The position numbers and the translations under genes were made by a program. 64,000 nt of DNA. It comes from Alphaproteobacteria bacterium (lineage in GTDB: Bacteria; Pseudomonadota; Alphaproteobacteria; CAAHEQ01; UBA3637). A model generated the notes under the pieces. It did no database searches, had not been told where the DNA came from, and saw only the letters and a program-made list of their open reading frames with translations. Positions 58,591 through 64,000 of the stretch are shown here, one piece after another. Location of the stretch: the NCBI GenBank assembly GCA_017533325.1, contig JAFXIF010000044.1, positions 4,345 through 68,344 on the forward strand. The letters are read 5' to 3'. How positions within the stretch are numbered: position 1 is the first letter of the stretch; every line of letters starts with the position of its first letter.

Positions 58591-60122
58591 CTTTTGTTTA
58601 TTTTTGTGTTATATGCTTTTTTGATGTCTTCCTTGTTCTTTTTTTCAAGTTCTTCATAAAGGGCATTTTCTGCTTGTTTTTCTTTTAATAAATGGTCTAT
58701 TTCTTGAGCATTTATAACCGTAAAATTAACACTGCCGTTGATGTCTTTTTCAAGTGCATTAACATAATTAAAATCCTGATAGGCTTGAGAAAAATACATG
58801 ATATGTTTAAGCTGTCTGTATTCTTCAGAATCTTTTTCAAGCGAATCAAGAGCATTTAATTGCTCAATATAAGACATTTTTAAATAAGTTTTAAATGAGT
58901 CCGGCTTATTTTTTGTATCCCCAATATCGGAATGTTTTTTTGTTATTTTATCTCGAACAGTTTGAATGTTTTTGCTTTTAAGTTGTAATAATTCTTCTTC
59001 TAAACGACTAACAGATTCAATATTATCAGCTTCAATAGCTGTTTGAATGCCAAGATCTTTTAGTCTGCTGTTTAATTCGTTAACAGCGGAAGATTTAGCA
59101 TTACTTGTAACGTTTAATGTATTTTCTGCACTTGTTTTTTCTTTTTTTATTGCTTGATAAACATTTAATCTGTTGTTTTGTTGGCTGGCGTCCATATGTC
59201 TCATGTCTTCATTTAAGACCAAGCTTTTGGGCAAAAATGTTTTTGCCATTTCACCATTTTCATTATATGTGTTAAATCCGCTTTGAATAAATTTTTGCCA
59301 GGGTTGAGGCCATTGAGGAAAAACAGATTTTGATTTTGCAGGATCTTCAGTAAACCACATAATTTCATGAGCCGGCGGTAATGCTTTGGGTGGTTTGGGG
59401 AATGTTTTTTGTGTTTCTGATAATTTTTGAAGTTGATCCGGGGGCAATGATGATAAAAATGTTTTATAGGCCGATTCATTTTGTTCAAAATTATTTTCAG
59501 CAGTGATACCGTTTATTCGACCGGTTCTCCCTAAAATTTTATTTACATCTTGCAAAAAAGAGTTCACTTCGTCTGCATAGACATATTTTTGATCTTCCCA
59601 TAAATCAAAAGATTTCCCCTCTTTTAGTTTTCCATATTTCTCTGGATTTGCATAAACATCTGTTAAAACTTCTTTCCCTAAATACCAGTTGGCAAAAAGT
59701 TCTGTTTGTGCTTTTTTCCCTGTGTTTTTTTGTTGAGGCATACTGTTTAAAATATCAACTGTTAATTTGAGCTCTCTGTCATCATATTCTTGAGTGATAT
59801 TTTTCCAAGCCGTTTTGGGATCTTCATAGACATCGGAGAGCAAATTGATATTACATGCCTCCATTGAATTATATTTTTGATTTATTAAATCAACTTGAAG
59901 TTTTTCTTGCTCTTCTTCTTGGTATCGTTTTTTTAAATTTCTAACTTTAATTTGCATAGCATGCAGTTGTTCAAGATATATTATTTCTCTTGTATAATCA
60001 TCAGATTCAATGGCTTCTTCGGTTTCTTGAGAAGCAATTTCAATAGGAGCTGTTGCATGAGTAAAACTGATAAATGAAAAAAATGAAATACCTGATAATG
60101 CTAAAAATAAAAATGGTTTCAT
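58569..60122 (-). CDS. T4SS-associated secreted coiled-coil protein (517 aa from ATG 60122)
   Basis: Signal peptide MKPFLFLALSGISFFSFISFTHA. The start overlaps the upstream gene's stop in ATGA. The ORF track extends to 60161 with a TTG start. Confidence 0.45.
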   Translation of the reverse strand: MKPFLFLALSGISFFSFISFTHATAPIEIASQETEEAIESDDYTREIIYLEQLHAMQIKVRNLKKRYQEEEQEKLQVDLINQKYNSMEACNINLLSDVYEDPKTAWKNITQEYDDRELKLTVDILNSMPQQKNTGKKAQTELFANWYLGKEVLTDVYANPEKYGKLKEGKSFDLWEDQKYVYADEVNSFLQDVNKILGRTGRINGITAENNFEQNESAYKTFLSSLPPDQLQKLSETQKTFPKPPKALPPAHEIMWFTEDPAKSKSVFPQWPQPWQKFIQSGFNTYNENGEMAKTFLPKSLVLNEDMRHMDASQQNNRLNVYQAIKKEKTSAENTLNVTSNAKSSAVNELNSRLKDLGIQTAIEADNIESVSRLEEELLQLKSKNIQTVRDKITKKHSDIGDTKNKPDSFKTYLKMSYIEQLNALDSLEKDSEEYRQLKHIMYFSQAYQDFNYVNALEKDINGSVNFTVINAQEIDHLLKEKQAENALYEELEKKNKEDIKKAYNTKINKRCLEGGL

Positions 60123-60901
60123 TGTTGATTTTCCTCCGGCAACTCTTCTTTGGGGTTCCAATATGTTTTATGGCGTTTTGCAGTCGCAAGACCCAGAAGG
60201 GCATTGTATTGTAATTGTGCAGCTCTTAATTGTTTTTGAATCATGAGTAATTTTGCCCATGTAATTTTTGCAAAGGCAGTTGTCATTAAAAGTTTGGTTT
60301 TATTTTCATTGCTTTCCAATGCCCCTTGATTAGAAGCTTTTTTAGATGAATCATCAATTTTTGTTTCCATATCATCAATGATCTTAAATATTTCTTTTGT
60401 TTGGTGTTTTAATACCAATATTCTTGCTAATAACTGAAGATTGGCTTGTTGGCGTATATATTGTCTTTTTTTAACAAAATTATAATCCCCCTCATGATCG
60501 GCAAAAGGTTGATCCGCATAGACCTCCATATTGCTTTTCATAATATTTTTAATCGTTGATGTTGCAGGGTCAGCTCGTTTTACAACTATTTCTTTTGGGG
60601 GTGTTCCTTTGGGAACAAAATCGCCAGGGGAGGCGTTTAAAATATCTAAAATTGTTGTTGACCCGCCTTGAATTGTTGAAATCGTGTCATTTACAATGGC
60701 TGTTGCGCGTTCTGAATAATAATGGCCTTGTTTTAGTACTTCGGCTACTCCTCTTGAAGCAGTGTCAGTTACACTTCCGGGTTCCAAAATTGGCCCTCCG
60801 ACACCGGCAATCCAACAAGGGTCACACGGCAAACAAATAGAATAAGCCGATAAAGATGTTGAAAATGTTAATATAAAAAGAAGGGAAGAAATTATTTTCA
60901 T
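60119..60901 (-). CDS. T4SS-associated secreted protein (260 aa)
   Basis: Signal peptide, Cys-rich mature N-terminus (CLPCDPC). 4-nt overlaps on both sides. Confidence 0.4.
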   Translation of the reverse strand: MKIISSLLFILTFSTSLSAYSICLPCDPCWIAGVGGPILEPGSVTDTASRGVAEVLKQGHYYSERATAIVNDTISTIQGGSTTILDILNASPGDFVPKGTPPKEIVVKRADPATSTIKNIMKSNMEVYADQPFADHEGDYNFVKKRQYIRQQANLQLLARILVLKHQTKEIFKIIDDMETKIDDSSKKASNQGALESNENKTKLLMTTAFAKITWAKLLMIQKQLRAAQLQYNALLGLATAKRHKTYWNPKEELPEENQQ

Positions 60902-61614
60902 TTTTTATCTCCTTCAGTGTCTTCTGGCGCACCAATTTTTTTAAGTGTTAAAATAGTCGGTTGGTCTTTGATAAATTGTTGAACAACATCTACTTCCATT
61001 TGAACAATTTGCAAAATGATTTGCGAAGCAACCATTTTTATTTGAGCTTTAATATTTCGGTTGAGCATGGCATTGCTTTGTGTTTGATTACAACCTTTTC
61101 CGGAAGCAACTTGCATGGATTGCATGTCTTCAATAAAAAGAGGTCGAAGTTGCTGAGCAAGCGAGTAAGCTTCAGCTGCAACTTCTGAAGCAAAGTTAAC
61201 CCTATTTTGAAGTTTTGTTAGGGCAGATTCTTTATCCCCTTCTTGCAAAAAGAAGTTTTTTTTCAACATGTCCAAAGCTGTTTTATACTTTTCTTGTGGA
61301 GAAATATATGTTGATTCGAAAAGCTTCATAATATTTGCTTCTAAATAATCATAGGTCTTTGTTGTTATTTCTGTTTTTTTGTTTGAAGGTGCATTAGAGC
61401 AAGAGGCGTTTCCGGATCGAGTATTATTTGCGATCTCTTCTTGTGTAACAACTTCTGCGCCTAAACTTGTAGTCAGTTGTGTTGCAATATTACTGCCTGC
61501 AAGTAGAGGAATATTTTTTATATCAGTAACGAGGCATTGACTAAAGGCTGTATGACATAATAATCCAGCGGCTAAAAAAGAAGAAAACAGATGTATTTTA
61601 AAGTTTTTTTTCAT
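60898..61614 (-). CDS. Secreted alpha-helical protein, possible VirB5/TrbJ-like minor pilin paralogue (238 aa)
   Basis: Signal peptide, with size and helical/Q-rich character similar to VirB5. The assignment is an inference. Confidence 0.35.
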   Translation of the reverse strand: MKKNFKIHLFSSFLAAGLLCHTAFSQCLVTDIKNIPLLAGSNIATQLTTSLGAEVVTQEEIANNTRSGNASCSNAPSNKKTEITTKTYDYLEANIMKLFESTYISPQEKYKTALDMLKKNFFLQEGDKESALTKLQNRVNFASEVAAEAYSLAQQLRPLFIEDMQSMQVASGKGCNQTQSNAMLNRNIKAQIKMVASQIILQIVQMEVDVVQQFIKDQPTILTLKKIGAPEDTEGDKK

Positions 61615-61625
61615 TTTTTTCTCCT

Positions 61626-62384
61626 TTAATCTTCTTCAACGATTTTTCGTTGTTTATCTTGCATTAGTAATGTGCTGTTGATTTCTAAAATTGAGGATTC
61701 AATAACTAACAATTCATTAAGAAGAACAGCTATTTTTTTATCTAAAACCGATAATCCGTTTTCAAGGCTTTTGACATCTGTTCGGGCTTTTATATTGGAA
61801 GACATACTTTCTAATTCTTCTTTTTGTTTATCCATAAGAGCTAACACTTTATCAGCAATAGCTAATCCATGATGCAAAGAAACATATCGTTTATGCTGAA
61901 TAAATTCTTGGGTGTTAACATATTTTGCATCTTCAAATGGGTCAATTTTAACGATTGCATCACTTTCAAGGTCTATTTTATCTTTTTCATTTAGAGAATT
62001 TTGTGCTTGATAATCTACCAAATAAGTGCTTTTAACAATTTGATGGAGTTTAGAAAGATTGGGTTCCTCTTTTGTTGATTCTTGTAGAAACATTTGTGTA
62101 AAAGTTTCATCTGTATAAAAAGCAACATCATCGCCCGTTAAGAGCGGAGAGTTATCCGAAGTTATTATTTCATGTCTGATAACGCCGGGTTGACCATAAT
62201 TTTTGTTTGCAGCTTTTTGATACATGGCAATAAATTTTGCAATTGTTGCAGATAATCTTTGATACCCTGCTTGAACAGGTGCCAATGGAGCCATTAATAT
62301 GCTGGTTGTTACACCGGCTTGAACTGGTGTATTTAAACAGGAGAGAACGATAACTGTTAATAAGAATGATTTAAATTTCAACAT
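61626..62384 (-). CDS. Secreted alpha-helical protein, possible VirB5-like paralogue (252 aa)
   Basis: Signal peptide and predicted coiled-coil C-terminal half. Confidence 0.35.
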   Translation of the reverse strand: MLKFKSFLLTVIVLSCLNTPVQAGVTTSILMAPLAPVQAGYQRLSATIAKFIAMYQKAANKNYGQPGVIRHEIITSDNSPLLTGDDVAFYTDETFTQMFLQESTKEEPNLSKLHQIVKSTYLVDYQAQNSLNEKDKIDLESDAIVKIDPFEDAKYVNTQEFIQHKRYVSLHHGLAIADKVLALMDKQKEELESMSSNIKARTDVKSLENGLSVLDKKIAVLLNELLVIESSILEINSTLLMQDKQRKIVEED

Positions 62385-62393
62385 GTTATCCTC

Positions 62394-63158
62394 CTAATCA
62401 AAAAATGAACCAACAATTCCGCCGACAGCCTGTATGGCCATCCCACCAACCACGTCTTTAAAAGAGTTGTTAGTATCTGTAACGTAATCTGCAGAACTGA
62501 TGGCTGTCAGCATATTATTAGTGGCTGCTGTTAAAACAATTGCATTATAAATTTGAGCGGTACTCATTTTAACGCTGGTATTATTTGAAACAGTAGAAGA
62601 GTAATTTGTTGTTTTGTTTGTGGTATCAGACACTTGGTTATCAATATTTTTTTTGCCGCTTAAATTTCTAGAGGCCGCATTTTTATGAATGGCTGCTAAG
62701 GCGTATCCAAATGTTGCAACTTCAACCAAAGCTCTTTCTCTTTTATTTTGTGTTTCAGCACTGTTAATAATACCAGCTTCTTCGGCTCTGCTTTTCCCGT
62801 CTTCTGTTTGAGCCGGTAATAAGGTATTCTTGAAAAATTCACTTCCATTAATACCTTCAGGAATGGATTCAGTTGATTTTGCATCTTCAGAAGAAAGTGA
62901 TGCATTGACACCTTCGGAAGGTTTATTATTAGCTATAAATTCCAAAGAATCATTACTAAAATTGTTGCCAAGTTCTCTGTTTTTACTGGATGTTTCCAGT
63001 TGGGAATTATGTTTTTCATCCTCCGCATCTTTATCGGCATCTTTTTGAGCATTTTGACCACTCTTATATCCGCCACTGTCACTAATTGGAATGGCAAGGG
63101 CATTTTGAACGGCAAAAGAAAAGAAGACTAAAAGAAAAATAAAAACTAATTTTTTCAT
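62394..63158 (-). CDS. Secreted protein with C-terminal glycine-zipper segment (254 aa)
   Basis: Signal peptide, S/T/N-rich middle region, C-terminal VVGGMAIQAVGGIVGSFFD. Confidence 0.35.
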   Translation of the reverse strand: MKKLVFIFLLVFFSFAVQNALAIPISDSGGYKSGQNAQKDADKDAEDEKHNSQLETSSKNRELGNNFSNDSLEFIANNKPSEGVNASLSSEDAKSTESIPEGINGSEFFKNTLLPAQTEDGKSRAEEAGIINSAETQNKRERALVEVATFGYALAAIHKNAASRNLSGKKNIDNQVSDTTNKTTNYSSTVSNNTSVKMSTAQIYNAIVLTAATNNMLTAISSADYVTDTNNSFKDVVGGMAIQAVGGIVGSFFD

Positions 63159-63931
63159 TCAAGACCTCCATCTGCTTTAATCGCATTGATTGTTGAATAT
63201 ATGCTTAAGGAATTTAACTCAAGTGCTGATAAATCCAATGCAAAATAACTAGCCCCAATAACATTAAAAAGAATATCTGATTCAACTCGTTTTGTTAATG
63301 TTTCTGAAACTGTTTTCGGATCTTGATCATTTAAAGCGGATTCTGTAGCTTCAAAATTTGCGGTTGTATTAATAATCGCTGCTGCATCAGCATAGGAATT
63401 TGCGATACCTTCAAATTGAGCCTTGGTGACATGTTGATGAATGTCACCCACCTCCATGATGCCTGGTTTTTCGTCATTGTCAAGATAAAAACATTTTTTT
63501 ACACCATCCGGAGTTTTTAAATCATTGCATATTTTTTTATTTTCTTCTCTTTTTGTTAATCGATCGATCGGATTTAACTCATTAACCTTAGTCATAATGT
63601 CAGAAGTGCCCTTTTTGGGTTTAACAAAACCACTGCCTGCAACCTCTTCTTCATCAGATGAAAATAAATCACCAACATAGTCTGCTCCTTGTTCCGCCCA
63701 GCCTCCAACTGTATCCGTGGCACTTTCAATAGCGCCATCTAGAGTATTGGTGGCGGCTTGTGTGGCTGAACTGATAGCGGTTGTTGCAGTTCCAATAACG
63801 GTATCCACAGTTCCCACAACAGCATTTTCAACATTATCTATAGTTGTCATAGCTTTATTTGCAAATTGTCCTAAAGCCGATTGCTCAAAATAATTAGGCA
63901 ATCCATTTATCATATTCTGAGCTTGCATCAA
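63155..63931 (-). CDS. Hypothetical T4SS-operon protein (258 aa, Ala/Thr-rich N-terminus)
   Basis: Intact ORF with a 4-nt overlap with the downstream gene. No clear signal peptide. The operon may continue beyond the window edge. Confidence 0.35.
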   Translation of the reverse strand: MMQAQNMINGLPNYFEQSALGQFANKAMTTIDNVENAVVGTVDTVIGTATTAISSATQAATNTLDGAIESATDTVGGWAEQGADYVGDLFSSDEEEVAGSGFVKPKKGTSDIMTKVNELNPIDRLTKREENKKICNDLKTPDGVKKCFYLDNDEKPGIMEVGDIHQHVTKAQFEGIANSYADAAAIINTTANFEATESALNDQDPKTVSETLTKRVESDILFNVIGASYFALDLSALELNSLSIYSTINAIKADGGLE

Positions 63932-64000
63932 TCCCCTTAAATTTTCTTCCGTTGTGGCATGTTCAATGGTTGATTGCAGATTGGGTGTATAATTAAGATT

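Noticed and set aside
1-64000. CRISPR arrays, rRNA genes, IS elements with transposase
   Set aside because: No regularly spaced direct repeats, no rRNA-like conserved blocks and no transposase-like ORFs were seen. The only recombinase is the serine recombinase at 32805-33413.

Overview
The window is AT-rich, with roughly one-third GC by eye. It looks like a segment from an alphaproteobacterium, probably an obligate-intracellular lineage of the Rickettsiales or Holosporales type. The evidence is a CtrA response regulator, a ChpT-like phosphotransferase, a type-2 IleRS, and an rvh-like type IV secretion system (T4SS) gene order. The landmarks run in four blocks. (1) 162-5023 is an NAD salvage island of pnuC, nadE, pncB, a NadM-type adenylyltransferase and pncA, next to a divergent NrtR-like Nudix regulator. 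(2) 17.8-21.3 kb is a tRNA-Gln / tRNA-Arg hotspot carrying att-like duplicates of the tRNA 3' ends, a tandem 155-bp repeat, a three-copy ~90-nt flank repeat, and a small islet of bPH-domain, NUDIX and wHTH-PD-(D/E)xK-like genes. (3) The housekeeping stretch holds rho, ileS, ctrA, alr, rne, amiC, pgm, htpG and a peroxiredoxin, plus a catalytically degenerate sucCD-like pair fused into an operon with a chpT-like gene. (4) 47.3-63.9 kb is a minus-strand T4SS operon of VirB11, a 2207-aa repeat-expanded VirB10, a VirB9 with a SPOR tail, two VirB8 paralogues, a VirB7-like lipoprotein and six paralogous secreted proteins. The most interesting non-obvious signal is a 56-nt promoter/operator element that is nearly identical, with 4 mismatches, immediately upstream of the pncA-nadM-pncB-nadE operon and upstream of a radical-SAM / prephenate-dehydratase-like operon. 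That operon sits next to a serine recombinase. The shared element predicts that a previously unlinked two-gene system belongs to the NAD (NrtR) regulon. No CRISPR array or rRNA was seen.
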